Source: Patescibacteria group bacterium UBA926 (GTDB taxonomy: Bacteria > Patescibacteriota > Doudnabacteria > UBA920). From it: a stretch of 64,000 nt of DNA. The DNA lies in contig DBDS01000007.1 in the NCBI GenBank assembly GCA_002293685.1, positions 40,140-104,139 of the forward strand, in the 5' to 3' direction. Shown piece by piece: positions 19,501-29,663 of the stretch. The notes under the pieces were generated by a model that made no database searches, was not told the DNA's origin, and saw nothing but the letters and a program-made list of their open reading frames with translations. How positions within the stretch are numbered: position 1 is the stretch's first letter; each line of letters opens with the position of its first letter. A program made the position numbers and the translations under genes.

Positions 19501-19515
19501 ACATAATTTAAAGAA

Positions 19516-19797
19516 ATGGAAAATACAGAAAAGCAGTGTCCGTACTGCGCTGAAGTAATTAAAAAGGAAGCTGTCATTTGCAAACACTGCGGTCATGATT
19601 TACAGACTGGACAACCATCAGATTCGCTGAGGTTAGAAAATCGACCTGTGGTAGAAATAGTTAAACCTGCTAAAGCCGCGAGTACTATTAGTGATGGGGT
19701 AAAACTAGGTTGTGGGATGTTTATAATATTACCGATTATTATTGTAGTGATAATTATTGTGATTATAGCTATAGCCATGGCAGGAGCAGGAGCTTAA
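19516..19797 (+). CDS. Small zinc-ribbon membrane protein, paralog of the N-terminus of the preceding gene.
   Basis: CPYCAEVIKKEAVICKHCGHDL followed by one transmembrane helix rich in Ile/Val. Confidence 0.45.
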   Translation: MENTEKQCPYCAEVIKKEAVICKHCGHDLQTGQPSDSLRLENRPVVEIVKPAKAASTISDGVKLGCGMFIILPIIIVVIIIVIIAIAMAGAGA

Positions 19798-19927
19798 TTA
19801 AACCAATTATTATCATTTACAAAATTAGTATGCATAAGTTTTAGATCATTTGGGGTTATAAGTTATCTACTTTAGGTCTAGACTTACTTTAACCCATCCG
19901 GTACTGTGTCCCTGAAAGGAAAAAGTT

Positions 19928-21280
19928 ATGGAAAATGAAGCACTCAAAGAGGCTTTAGCTAGTACAATAGCCAGTAGGCAAATAGAGGCAATACCAGCGC
20001 AGCCAGTAAAGTATTGCCTCTACGCCAGAAAATCAACTGAGCAAGAAGAAAGACAAGTATTGTCCATAGACTCTCAGATTAAAGAGATGCTCGCCGCCGC
20101 AGAACGAGATAGCCTTAACATAGTAGAGATTAGAAAAGAAAGCCATTCTGCTAAAGATTCAGGCCAGCGACCTGTGTTCAATGGGTTGATAACAGACATC
20201 CGTGAAAAGAAGTTCAACGGTATTCTGACATGGGCACCAGATCGGTTAAGTAGAAACGCTGGCGATCTGGGTAGCTTAGTAGATTTAATGGATCAAAAGC
20301 TGCTGGAAGAAATTCGCACTAATGGCCAGCGGTTTAGTAATAACCCAAATGAAAAGTTCTTGCTAATGATTCTATGCAGTCAAGCTAAGCTTGAGAATGA
20401 CAATAAGAGCTTGAATGTAAAAAGGGGATTACGAGCAAAAGCTGAATTAGGATTGTGGGCAAACCCTGCACCAACTGGATATTTGCATGAAAAGCGGACT
20501 GACAGAAAAGGTTACATCATGCTTGACCCAAAGCGTGCGCCGATCATCAAGAAGATGTTTGAGAAAGTAGCTAATGAACAATATTCTGGCAGAAGATTAT
20601 ATGGTTGGTTAAAAGATGAGATCAAATTCACCACTAAGAATGATAAACCTCTTGCTTTAGGAAATATATACAGAATACTAAAAAACACCATGTACTATGG
20701 TGTTTTTGAATATCCTGTTAATAGCGGTAACTGGTACACGGGTAAACATACACCGATTATCACTCAAGATTTATATTTGAAAGTACAAGAACAGATTAAT
20801 ACTGAGGGCCACAATTATGCTATAAAAGAATTTGCTTTTACAAAGCTTATTACATGCGGGTTATGTGGATCAGGAATTACAGCCATGGAAAAATTGAAGA
20901 AATTGGTGGATGGGACGACGAGTAGATACATATATTACGGCTGTACCCGAAGCAGAGATATTAATTGCAAGGGTGGGTATTTACGAGAGGAAGAATTAAT
21001 AACACAGCTCTCGAAAATTATTGATGAAATGGATATTAATGAACTTGGGATTAAACATCAACTTGAGCAGGAGATTGTAAGGTATGACAGGTTTCAATAT
21101 GGGGTGCTTGGTAAGAAAAAAGAAGCGATGCCTAGTAAGATGGATAATGATGTAGATATTCGCACCTATGCTAAGTATATACTGAAGCAGGGGAGCATCG
21201 TCGAAAAACGAGAACTACTCGGATGTTTGAAAAGTAACGTGGTGCTAACTGATAAGCAAATTAGCTTAAAGAATGTCTAG
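19928..21280 (+). CDS. Large serine recombinase (integrase or resolvase family).
   Basis: N-terminal resolvase catalytic domain (YARKSTEQEE with the catalytic Ser, LSRN), recombinase domain, C-terminal zinc ribbon (CGLCGS...YYGCTRSRDINC) and coiled coil. Confidence 0.85.
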   Translation: MENEALKEALASTIASRQIEAIPAQPVKYCLYARKSTEQEERQVLSIDSQIKEMLAAAERDSLNIVEIRKESHSAKDSGQRPVFNGLITDIREKKFNGILTWAPDRLSRNAGDLGSLVDLMDQKLLEEIRTNGQRFSNNPNEKFLLMILCSQAKLENDNKSLNVKRGLRAKAELGLWANPAPTGYLHEKRTDRKGYIMLDPKRAPIIKKMFEKVANEQYSGRRLYGWLKDEIKFTTKNDKPLALGNIYRILKNTMYYGVFEYPVNSGNWYTGKHTPIITQDLYLKVQEQINTEGHNYAIKEFAFTKLITCGLCGSGITAMEKLKKLVDGTTSRYIYYGCTRSRDINCKGGYLREEELITQLSKIIDEMDINELGIKHQLEQEIVRYDRFQYGVLGKKKEAMPSKMDNDVDIRTYAKYILKQGSIVEKRELLGCLKSNVVLTDKQISLKNV

Positions 21281-21309
21281 TGAATATTACTAACCCTGAT
21301 TTTGGAGAA

Positions 21310-21864
21310 TTAATTTTGCTCAATTCTCCTGCGTGAGAATTTAAACATTCCGTACCAGGCCGTGGGAGCTAATAGTAATACACTCAGCATTCCAGGGAAA
21401 TAACGGTAAGATTCCGAAGTAAATAACGGAAAAACAAAATGAGCAAGCTCAGTAATTCCCATAGAAGCAAAAAATGTCCACGCTATATAATAACCAAATG
21501 CGTACCCTCGTTTAATCAGGTAAGGTGCTACGAGCCACGCAACAACTGTTAAGATCAGTAGTACGATAAGCGGTATAGAACTAACTTCAGGAACTGGCAC
21601 TCCAGTAATCTTTGAAAGTTCTTCTTGAAACTTCATAACATTTTCCTCCACTCTGTGAATGATAAAAAAGAAGAATGTTAGCCAGTACCAAAATTTAATT
21701 GATTTGAAAGATACTGTATTCGGTGTGAGTAACCATAAGATATATCCGCCTAAGAAACCAGCTAGGAAAATGAGTGCTGTGACTATACCGAAAGAGATGT
21801 ATCCAATTGCAGGAACCGCTAGTGTAAATATGAGAAATAGAATGACTTGTTTTTGTTTCTTCAT
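21310..21864 (-). CDS. HXXEE-domain membrane protein.
   Basis: Motif HRVEE inside a polytopic membrane protein of about 180 aa. Confidence 0.5.
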   Translation of the reverse strand: MKKQKQVILFLIFTLAVPAIGYISFGIVTALIFLAGFLGGYILWLLTPNTVSFKSIKFWYWLTFFFFIIHRVEENVMKFQEELSKITGVPVPEVSSIPLIVLLILTVVAWLVAPYLIKRGYAFGYYIAWTFFASMGITELAHFVFPLFTSESYRYFPGMLSVLLLAPTAWYGMFKFSRRRIEQN

Positions 21865-21966
21865 GACTTGTTTTGTTAACTTAATGATAGCAAACCATTG
21901 AATTTAGTTATAGATGATAAGTCGAAGAAGGTAGAGTTAACTTCAGAAAAATGGTAAAATGACAAT

Positions 21967-22347
21967 ATGCTATTTTTGAAGAATACATTAAGTATTAAAG
22001 GATATATTGCTGTAATTGCTGTAGCAATTTACGCATCTTTAAGTATTTTTGGTCTATATTTCAGTATGAGTAATGGAATTGATATTAATGTAAATGCTTG
22101 TTTTTCTCAAACTGATGCTGGCTGTGATACCGCTATCGATCATATTACCCATTGGCAAGGACTTTTTATCACTACTTCAAATGTGAATCAGATACTTTCC
22201 CTTGAATCCTTTATTGTGTTCGTTGTAATTCCGTTAAGTTTGATGGTTTTACTTATCACTGCACACAAGTTTTATAAAAAAGAACATCTTACCGTAGTAT
22301 CTAACTACTTTATCAGGCATTTGCCCGATCTGCAGCCCCAGCCATAA
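21967..22347 (+). CDS. Hypothetical membrane protein.
   Basis: 126 aa with two transmembrane helices. Confidence 0.35.
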   Translation: MLFLKNTLSIKGYIAVIAVAIYASLSIFGLYFSMSNGIDINVNACFSQTDAGCDTAIDHITHWQGLFITTSNVNQILSLESFIVFVVIPLSLMVLLITAHKFYKKEHLTVVSNYFIRHLPDLQPQP

Positions 22348-22420
22348 ATAATAACCAGACCGTTTAATAGCCTTTTTGCTATGAACGGTTTTTTGCGTTT
22401 ATTATTTAATGTAGAAAGGA

Positions 22421-22687
22421 ATGTTTATGAAATGCCCAAATGATAATAGCGATTTGCAGATGTCAGAGCGACAAGGAGTAGAGATCGATTATTGCCCAGA
22501 ATGCCGTGGAGTGTGGTTAGACAGAGGAGAGCTAGATAAAATCATTGAACGTTTAGAAAATGATTCCAGCTCCCAAAACAGCCCGCCTCAATTTTCACAG
22601 CAACAACCCCAGCACGATAATTATCGAAATGATTATAAGTACTCAAAAAAGAAGAAGACATCTTGGCTTGGAGAAATTTTTGACTAG
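22421..22687 (+). CDS. zf-TFIIB-like zinc-ribbon protein.
   Basis: CPNDNSDL...CPECRGVWLDRGELDKI matches the zf-TFIIB (PF13453) pattern. Confidence 0.5.
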   Translation: MFMKCPNDNSDLQMSERQGVEIDYCPECRGVWLDRGELDKIIERLENDSSSQNSPPQFSQQQPQHDNYRNDYKYSKKKKTSWLGEIFD

Positions 22688-22699
22688 CAAATAGAATCT

Positions 22700-23140
22700 A
22701 TGAAAAAAATATTCACTCTTGTCCAACAGAACATTCTGTACCTAGTCCTTATTCAAGCACTAGTGGCCATGCTCGGCAGCTTGTACTTTAGTAACGTAAT
22801 GAACTTGCCTCCCTGCGTTCTATGCTGGTATCAAAGAATTACCATGTATCCTCTTGTCGCTATATTGGCAGTCGGCATCCTGAAGCGGGACCGCAATGTC
22901 TTACTGTATAGCTTTCCGTTAAGTATCACAGGCCTACTGGTCTCTATTTATCATAACTTGTTGTATTACGGGGTGATCCCCGAGAGCATCGCTCCCTGTA
23001 TGCTTGGTATATCATGTACCACTAGGCAAATTGAGTGGCTCGGTTTTATCACGATTCCTCTAATGGCCTTAACCGCTTTCGTTATTATTAACACATTATT
23101 AATTATTTATTGGAGAACACATTATGAGCAAAGAAGCTAA
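22700..23140 (+). CDS. Disulfide bond formation protein B (BdbC/DsbB family).
   Basis: Four transmembrane helices, CxxC in the first periplasmic loop (CVLCWYQRITMYPL) and a second Cys pair (CMLGISC). Confidence 0.7.
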   Translation: MKKIFTLVQQNILYLVLIQALVAMLGSLYFSNVMNLPPCVLCWYQRITMYPLVAILAVGILKRDRNVLLYSFPLSITGLLVSIYHNLLYYGVIPESIAPCMLGISCTTRQIEWLGFITIPLMALTAFVIINTLLIIYWRTHYEQRS

Positions 23141-23789
23141 AATTTTAATCGGTATAGCTGTAGTTGTTATTGGCGTCGGCATCCTCTTGGCTATGCAGGA
23201 ACCTAAACCTGATCCAACCTTTGACAAGCCTGCAGACGCAGGTCAGCTGGTCCGTGAAGACAGTAATATCAAGGGTGGTAAAGATGCCAAGGTAACAGTG
23301 GTGGAATTCCTGGACTTTGAATGCGAAGCCTGTCGAGCTTCTTATCCTGTAGTAAAACAAGTGCTTGCTGAGTACGGTGACAAGGTCAAATTTGTTCAGC
23401 GCTATTTCCCGCTACCGAACCATAAAAATTCTCAGTCTGCCGCTTTAGCAGCAGCTGCTGCTGGGGAGCAAGGCAAGTTCTGGGAAATGCATGACAAACT
23501 CTTTGAAAACCAAAGTTTATGGACTTACGACAATGCCCAAAAAACTACTGAACTGCAAGCTAAGGAGATGTTTATTAGTTATGCCAAAGAGTTGGGCTTG
23601 AATATTGATCAATTTACACAATCTTTAGAAGAAAAAAAATATCTTAACATCATTCAACGAGACATAGCTGACGCAAACGAACTAGGGGTCAATTCTACTC
23701 CAACATTCTATATTAATGGCACAAAGCAAGCGGGTGGCTTATCGCTTGATAAGTTCAAGGAGAAGATTGATGCTGAGTTGAAAAAATAA
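23124..23789 (+). CDS. DsbA/BdbD-family thiol:disulfide oxidoreductase.
   Basis: Thioredoxin fold with active site FECEACRASYP. N-terminal transmembrane anchor. Overlaps the dsbB stop. Confidence 0.75.
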   Translation: MSKEAKILIGIAVVVIGVGILLAMQEPKPDPTFDKPADAGQLVREDSNIKGGKDAKVTVVEFLDFECEACRASYPVVKQVLAEYGDKVKFVQRYFPLPNHKNSQSAALAAAAAGEQGKFWEMHDKLFENQSLWTYDNAQKTTELQAKEMFISYAKELGLNIDQFTQSLEEKKYLNIIQRDIADANELGVNSTPTFYINGTKQAGGLSLDKFKEKIDAELKK

Positions 23790-23799
23790 AGGCAAATAT

Positions 23800-24261
23800 A
23801 TGTATAAAAAATCAATAGTCTTAGTAACAGCGTTGGTATTTGCGCTCGGTATATTCTTGTATTTTAACCTGAGGTCAGAAAATGTACCCGCACAATTATC
23901 AGACTCACATAAAAAGCCTCAGAATTCCCAATCGAATAACTCCAACTCAAATAAGGATGCAGTAGACAATGATACTGAAACAGGCGAATCACAGCCCAAG
24001 CCAGATGTATCAGAGAAGTTTACTTTAAGCGCTGGCAATATTGGTTCGAAAGATGTAAACGTCAAAGTCGGTCAGCGAGTTGAATTAATATTTGACGCTA
24101 ATTTTGAAGATGAAGTTCGACTTGATGAATATGAGGTGAAAGGAATTTATCTTTTACCATTAAGTGAACATTCGACACAGGTTGTTGCAGATAAGCCAGG
24201 GGAGTTCAGAATATATTTAGTAAAGAGGGATAAGACTATTGGCACGTTAATTGTTAAATAG
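23800..24261 (+). CDS. Hypothetical membrane-anchored beta-sandwich protein.
   Basis: N-terminal transmembrane helix, low-complexity linker (NSQSNNSNSN), C-terminal beta-rich domain. Confidence 0.4.
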   Translation: MYKKSIVLVTALVFALGIFLYFNLRSENVPAQLSDSHKKPQNSQSNNSNSNKDAVDNDTETGESQPKPDVSEKFTLSAGNIGSKDVNVKVGQRVELIFDANFEDEVRLDEYEVKGIYLLPLSEHSTQVVADKPGEFRIYLVKRDKTIGTLIVK

Positions 24262-24270
24262 AAATTATCT

Positions 24271-24552
24271 ATGAAAAAACTTGAATTAATCGAACATCTC
24301 GCAGCCAGGCTTAGCATTACAAATTCTGAATCAGAAAGATTCGTAAATACCTTTATAAACATGATTTATGAAACTTTGCGTGGTGGTGATACGGTAAATA
24401 TTTCTGGCTTTGGACAGTTTAGTGTTTCGCATCGTGATTCGCGAATGGGTGTTCATCCACGTAACCCATCTCAAAAAATTACTATCCCAGAGCTTAATAC
24501 GCCGAAGTTTAAAGCTGGCGAAGCTTTCAAATCCGCTGTTAAGCTGAGGTAA
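24271..24552 (+). CDS. hup: DNA-binding protein HU.
   Basis: MKKLELIEHLA..GFGQFSV..R..RNP.. arm motif. 93 aa. Confidence 0.85.
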   Translation: MKKLELIEHLAARLSITNSESERFVNTFINMIYETLRGGDTVNISGFGQFSVSHRDSRMGVHPRNPSQKITIPELNTPKFKAGEAFKSAVKLR

Positions 24553-24587
24553 GACCCTAACAATTAACTAGAATAAATTAAAAATAT

Positions 24588-25253
24588 ATGGACGATATCA
24601 ATATTCCTGGAAATGAACCTGCTTCTGATGAAACTAAGGAAAGTGCAACAAAGTTTAAATTCAAAAAACCAAGACCGTTGGTAATTGCTATTATAATTGC
24701 AGTGGTTGTCGTTGGATTGGCTTTGTACTTTGCTAAGGGTCTGTTTGTGGCTGCAGTCGTTAATGGCATGCCAATCAGTCGTTGGTCTGTAATTAAAGTA
24801 TTAGAACAACAAGGTGGCAAACAAGCTCTGCAAGGTATTATTGATGAAAAGGTTATTGAAGCCGAACTCGACAAGCAAAAGGTTTCAGTAACTCCTAAAG
24901 AGATTGATGAACAGATAAAGAAAATTGAGGAGCAAGTAACTAGTCAGGGCGGAACATTAGCAGAAGCACTGGCTCAGCAAGGTATGACAGCAGAGAAGTT
25001 GCGAGAACAAATTACTGTTCAAGAAAAGCTTAAAAAATTATTGGCAGATAAAATTGCAGTTTCTGAGACAGATGTAGATGCGTACGTTTCAGAGAGCAAG
25101 ACACCTGTTCCAGAGGGAGTCAGCCCGGAAGACTTTAGAAAACAAATCAGCGAACAATTAAAGCAGCAGAAGTTCCAGAAGGAAGCTCAAGCCTGGATTG
25201 CTGATCTGACAGGGAATGCCAAAATTAAATACTTCGTGAACTACGGAGAATAA
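24588..25253 (+). CDS. Membrane-anchored SurA-N-terminal-like chaperone domain protein.
   Basis: Transmembrane helix followed by a charged helical domain resembling the SurA_N / PpiC-associated chaperone region. Confidence 0.4.
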   Translation: MDDINIPGNEPASDETKESATKFKFKKPRPLVIAIIIAVVVVGLALYFAKGLFVAAVVNGMPISRWSVIKVLEQQGGKQALQGIIDEKVIEAELDKQKVSVTPKEIDEQIKKIEEQVTSQGGTLAEALAQQGMTAEKLREQITVQEKLKKLLADKIAVSETDVDAYVSESKTPVPEGVSPEDFRKQISEQLKQQKFQKEAQAWIADLTGNAKIKYFVNYGE

Positions 25254-25385
25254 ATATGGGCAAAACAATTAACATCCTAATTGTTCTTAGTCTTCTAGCT
25301 TTAGCTCTTTTAGGTTATGCTCTTTTGAGGAACGATAGTAGTACTATCAACACCACTATTAACAAACCGATTAATAATTAATCAT

Positions 25386-27251
25386 ATGAACAAAAATAAT
25401 ACAAAGTTAGCGGTTACTATAGTCTCTGGGGTGTGTATTGCGCTAGCTTTCTTATTAGAAAAATTAGGCATCTCAGAGTTGGTTGTTAATAGTTTAAATT
25501 ACCTAGCTATCGTATCAGGTGGTTACTTCGTGGCTATTGATGCTTTTCGTGGTTTGTACAAACAGCGGTTTCTAAATATTAACTTTTTAGTTACTGTTGC
25601 TGCTTTGGGCGCTATGTATATTAACCAACTTGGTGAAGCCGCATCTGTCGTATTTTTCTTTTCTCTTGCAGAAGCTTTTGAAAGATACGGAGTTGAGAGA
25701 TCAAGGAAAGCGTTAGAAACGCTAATCAAAAAGTCTCCGCAGATAGCTGTAATGCTAGACGGCTCTAAAGTTAGCGTCGATGCAGTAAAGATCAAAGATG
25801 TTATTACAGTTCGCCCTGGAGATATTATTCCTCTTGATGGTATTGTCCTTAAAGGCACTTCATCAGTTGATGAAGCAACGATTACCGGAGAGCCAATACC
25901 GAAAGATAAACGAGAAGGAGACACAGTATTCGCCAGTACTTTGAATCGTAATGGCTATTTAGAAATAGAAGTAACGAAAGAAAGCAAAGACTCCACTTTC
26001 TCTAAAATAGTTAAGCTGGTCGCACAGGCACAAAGCTCCCGTGCCCCTGCTCAAGACTTCGTAGATAAGTTTGCTAAATACTATACCCCTTCTATTGTAG
26101 TAGCAGCATTGCTGATTGTAGCCGTTCCTACTTTGTTCTTTGGAGGTGTTTTTACAGAATGGCTGTATAGAGCTTTAGTTTTACTCGTGATAGCTTGTCC
26201 GTGCTCCTTAGTTATCTCAACCCCAGTATCAATCGCTTCCGCAATAGGTGGAGCTTCTCGTAAGGGGATCCTGATTAAGGGAGGTAAATTCTTAGAAGCA
26301 TTGAGTAAGGTTAAGGCAGTGGCGTTTGATAAAACTAGAACCCTGACAATGGGAGAACCCTACATTTCCGATGTCGTTACTTTTAGCGGGTTTACCGAAG
26401 AACAAGTATTGTCTGATGCCGCTGGAGTTGAAAAATTTTCATCTCATCCACTCTCTAAAAGCATAGTGGATTTTGCTTTAGCTAAGGGCATTGATCCGCA
26501 TACTATGAGCGAGTATGAAAATATCGCAGGTAAAGGTGGTATGGCTTCCTGTTTAGTTTGTAATGATAAAGCCCACTGTGTTGGTAATCTAAAACTAATC
26601 GGTGCTAACAGCGAAACCACTAAAGAAGTTTTGGCAAAAACTGAAGAGCTGGAGCAACAAGGTAAAACAGTTGTACTGGTTAGTGAAGGTAAAAAGGTTA
26701 TGGGGCTATTGGCTATTTCAGATAAGCTTCGTCCAGAATCAAAATCAGCAATCAACGCCTTAACGGCACAAAAAGTTATTCCAGCAATGCTTACGGGAGA
26801 CAATGAACACAGTGCCGCTTTTGTAGGCAGAGAGTTGGGCATTACTAAGATCTACGCTTCACTGCTTCCTAATGACAAAGTAACAAAGATTGAACTGCTT
26901 AAAAAAGAAATGGGATCAGTGGCAATGGTTGGTGACGGAGTTAATGATGCTCCTTCTCTTGCTACGGCAAATGTTGGCATAGCTATGGGTTCTGGAGGTA
27001 GTGACGTTGCTATTGAAACAGCGGACATTGCTTTGATGAATAGTGATCTACGAAATATTCCAATAGCGATACGACTTGGTAAACGAACCGTAAGAACAAT
27101 AAGACAGAATATAACTGCTTCATTATTAGTGAAAGCTGTGTTCCTTACTGCTGCTCTATTTGGGATTACGGATTTGGAGTATGCCATCGGTGCAGATTCA
27201 ATTTTGGCAATATTAGTAATTGTTAATGGTCTACGACTGTTTTCAGTGTAG
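25386..27251 (+). CDS. Heavy-metal translocating P1B-type ATPase without an N-terminal metal-binding domain.
   Basis: CPC motif (IACPCSL), DKTRT phosphorylation site, SSHPL, TGDN, GDGVNDAP. Confidence 0.85.
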   Translation: MNKNNTKLAVTIVSGVCIALAFLLEKLGISELVVNSLNYLAIVSGGYFVAIDAFRGLYKQRFLNINFLVTVAALGAMYINQLGEAASVVFFFSLAEAFERYGVERSRKALETLIKKSPQIAVMLDGSKVSVDAVKIKDVITVRPGDIIPLDGIVLKGTSSVDEATITGEPIPKDKREGDTVFASTLNRNGYLEIEVTKESKDSTFSKIVKLVAQAQSSRAPAQDFVDKFAKYYTPSIVVAALLIVAVPTLFFGGVFTEWLYRALVLLVIACPCSLVISTPVSIASAIGGASRKGILIKGGKFLEALSKVKAVAFDKTRTLTMGEPYISDVVTFSGFTEEQVLSDAAGVEKFSSHPLSKSIVDFALAKGIDPHTMSEYENIAGKGGMASCLVCNDKAHCVGNLKLIGANSETTKEVLAKTEELEQQGKTVVLVSEGKKVMGLLAISDKLRPESKSAINALTAQKVIPAMLTGDNEHSAAFVGRELGITKIYASLLPNDKVTKIELLKKEMGSVAMVGDGVNDAPSLATANVGIAMGSGGSDVAIETADIALMNSDLRNIPIAIRLGKRTVRTIRQNITASLLVKAVFLTAALFGITDLEYAIGADSILAILVIVNGLRLFSV

Positions 27252-27273
27252 AAATTTATTAAAGTAGATCATC

Positions 27274-28044
27274 ATGCTGAATCTTTTATATGCAGGGTTG
27301 TTAGGAATAGTTGAAGGCATTACGGAATTTTTACCAATTTCTTCCACAGCTCACTTAATTCTTACAGCTAAACTTTTAAATTTACCTCAGACTGAATATC
27401 TCAAAAGCTTTGAAATTATTATTCAGCTTGGAGCAATTTCTTCAGTGGTGGTGCTGTACTGGAAACAGCTATGGCAATGGGAAGTAATAAAGAGGTTAAT
27501 TGTCGCTTTTATTCCAACAGGAATCATTGGGCTGATTGCATATAAATTTGCTAAGCAGTACCTACTAGGAAATACTTCAGTAGTTTTGTGGACGCTATTA
27601 ATTGGCGGTATTCTTATAATTATCTTTGAGTACCTGTATAAAGAAGGAGAGAGCGGATCCCAGGAAATGGCTACTATTTCGTATAAACAATGTTTAGCGA
27701 TTGGATTATTCCAGTCAGTAGCTATTGTCCCAGGGGTATCTAGATCAGCTGCCACAGTAATTGGCGGACTACTGCTTGGGTTAAATCGCAAGACAATTGT
27801 GGAGTTTTCTTTTTTGCTTGCTGTGCCAACGATGCTCGCCGCGAGCGGCCTTGATTTAATAAAGTCTGCTGATCAATTCTCAAAGGATCAGGTTGGTTTT
27901 TTAGCTGTAGGATTTGTAGTGTCATTTGTCGTTGCATTGCTAAGCATAAAGTTTTTACTTCGATATATTAAGAACCACGATTTTAAAGCTTTTGGAATTT
28001 ACCGCATTGCTATAGCAATTCTACTATGGCTTGGGATGAAATGA
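27274..28044 (+). CDS. uppP: Undecaprenyl-diphosphatase.
   Basis: GIVEGITEFLPISSTAHL signature. Eight transmembrane helices. 256 aa. Confidence 0.85.
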   Translation: MLNLLYAGLLGIVEGITEFLPISSTAHLILTAKLLNLPQTEYLKSFEIIIQLGAISSVVVLYWKQLWQWEVIKRLIVAFIPTGIIGLIAYKFAKQYLLGNTSVVLWTLLIGGILIIIFEYLYKEGESGSQEMATISYKQCLAIGLFQSVAIVPGVSRSAATVIGGLLLGLNRKTIVEFSFLLAVPTMLAASGLDLIKSADQFSKDQVGFLAVGFVVSFVVALLSIKFLLRYIKNHDFKAFGIYRIAIAILLWLGMK

Positions 28045-28142
28045 CATCAATTTTTAGTAAATCATCAAATTTCATATCTGTATAGTAATATTATTATTCG
28101 CGTGAAGAGCGAAACCAACATTAACACAATTAATAAAACCTC

Positions 28143-29657
28143 ATGAAACAAAAACTATTAATATATTTTAGTGCCACATTGTTAATATTTACAATGACTG
28201 TGTCATTTATTCCAAATGCTAGTGCGCAATTATCCGTTGTTCGCAATATCACTTTTCCAGTTATTGGAGGTGGTTCATATGCAAATGATTTTGGTGCACC
28301 TCGAAGTGGAGGGCGGTCTCATGAAGGTAATGATATAATGGGAAATAAAATGCAGAAGATGGTGTCTGCTGTTGATGGTGTGATAAGTGATATTACCACT
28401 TCGGAAGCCTCGTGGGGTTTCGCCATTTCCGTTACAGACAATGACGGGTATGAATATAACTATTTGCATGTGAACAATGATACTCCAGGCACTGATGACG
28501 GTAATGGTGGATTTAAAAATGCATTCCCGTCTGGGATGAAAAAAGGATTGCGTGTTAAAGCTGGACAACACATTGCTTATATGGGAGACAGCGGTAATGC
28601 CGAGGAAGTAGGTGCACAGTTACACTTTGAGATTCGTAAAGCACCTAACAATGATCCTATTAATCCGTATGAAAGTTTAAAGCAAGCGAAAGCAATATCG
28701 CAACCACTGGATGATGATAATTCTGATTCCGATTCTGACGATGAATCTTCTTCAAAGGTAACGGAATTTTTCCCATATGATATTTTTGAAGGTGGTGCAA
28801 ATATAGCCAGCGGGAATTTAGATGGAGACTCTGCTGTCGAAATAGTAACAGGCACAGCCTTTGGGGGTGGGGGTCGTACTATTATTAATATCCATGATAC
28901 CAATGGCGACTTGAAACATAAGTTTTTCGCCTATGGCGAAGTATTCCGAGGTGGCGTTGATGTCGCAGTAGCGGATGTAGATGGTGATGGTAAGCAGGAT
29001 ATTATTACTGCAGCCGGACCAGGTGGAGGGCCACATATTAAAGTGTTCAAACCCGATGGCACGTTAATTACTGAATTCTTTGCATACGGTACGAACTTCC
29101 GAGGTGGAGTGTATGTTTCTGCCGCAGATATGGATGGCGACGGCAAAGCCGAGATTGTAACTGGCCCTGGAGCAGGAGGTGGTCCCCATGTGCGTATGTT
29201 TAATGGTAACGGTGTTGTTCAAAAAGAACTGTTCGCATACGATGCTGGGTTTACAGGCGGTGTTGATGTCGCTGCATTTGGTGTAACTAATAAACAGCCA
29301 GGTGGTTTTGCTACTGCTCCAGGTTCAAGTGGCGGTCCTCATATTAAGGTCTTTGATGCATCAGCAAAACTGACCAACGAATTTATGACTTATGAAGGAA
29401 GTTTTACAAATGGCGTGCGCATTTCAGCCGGAAATTTATTACGCACAAATGGGGCAGAGATAGTTACGATTCCCGCTAACAACAGTAATCCCACGTTAAA
29501 AGTATTTAGAACCAATGGCACTTTAGAAGAAACAGAAATTGGTGGTTTTGAAAGTAATGCTGTTGGTGGTTACGATGCAGCAATAGTAGGATCAGATGTT
29601 TATACTGCTTCTCAATCTGGTCGCAAAACTTCTGTACGAAAAGTCTTAGGGTTGTAA
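28143..29657 (+). CDS. Secreted M23-family peptidase fused to FG-GAP/VCBS-like beta-propeller repeats.
   Basis: Signal peptide. M23 motifs (HEGNDI ... YLHVNN ... HFEIR). Repeated GDLDGDSA / DVDGDGK and GPGGGPHIKVF units. Confidence 0.7.
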   Translation: MKQKLLIYFSATLLIFTMTVSFIPNASAQLSVVRNITFPVIGGGSYANDFGAPRSGGRSHEGNDIMGNKMQKMVSAVDGVISDITTSEASWGFAISVTDNDGYEYNYLHVNNDTPGTDDGNGGFKNAFPSGMKKGLRVKAGQHIAYMGDSGNAEEVGAQLHFEIRKAPNNDPINPYESLKQAKAISQPLDDDNSDSDSDDESSSKVTEFFPYDIFEGGANIASGNLDGDSAVEIVTGTAFGGGGRTIINIHDTNGDLKHKFFAYGEVFRGGVDVAVADVDGDGKQDIITAAGPGGGPHIKVFKPDGTLITEFFAYGTNFRGGVYVSAADMDGDGKAEIVTGPGAGGGPHVRMFNGNGVVQKELFAYDAGFTGGVDVAAFGVTNKQPGGFATAPGSSGGPHIKVFDASAKLTNEFMTYEGSFTNGVRISAGNLLRTNGAEIVTIPANNSNPTLKVFRTNGTLEETEIGGFESNAVGGYDAAIVGSDVYTASQSGRKTSVRKVLGL

Positions 29658-29663
29658 TTTGGT

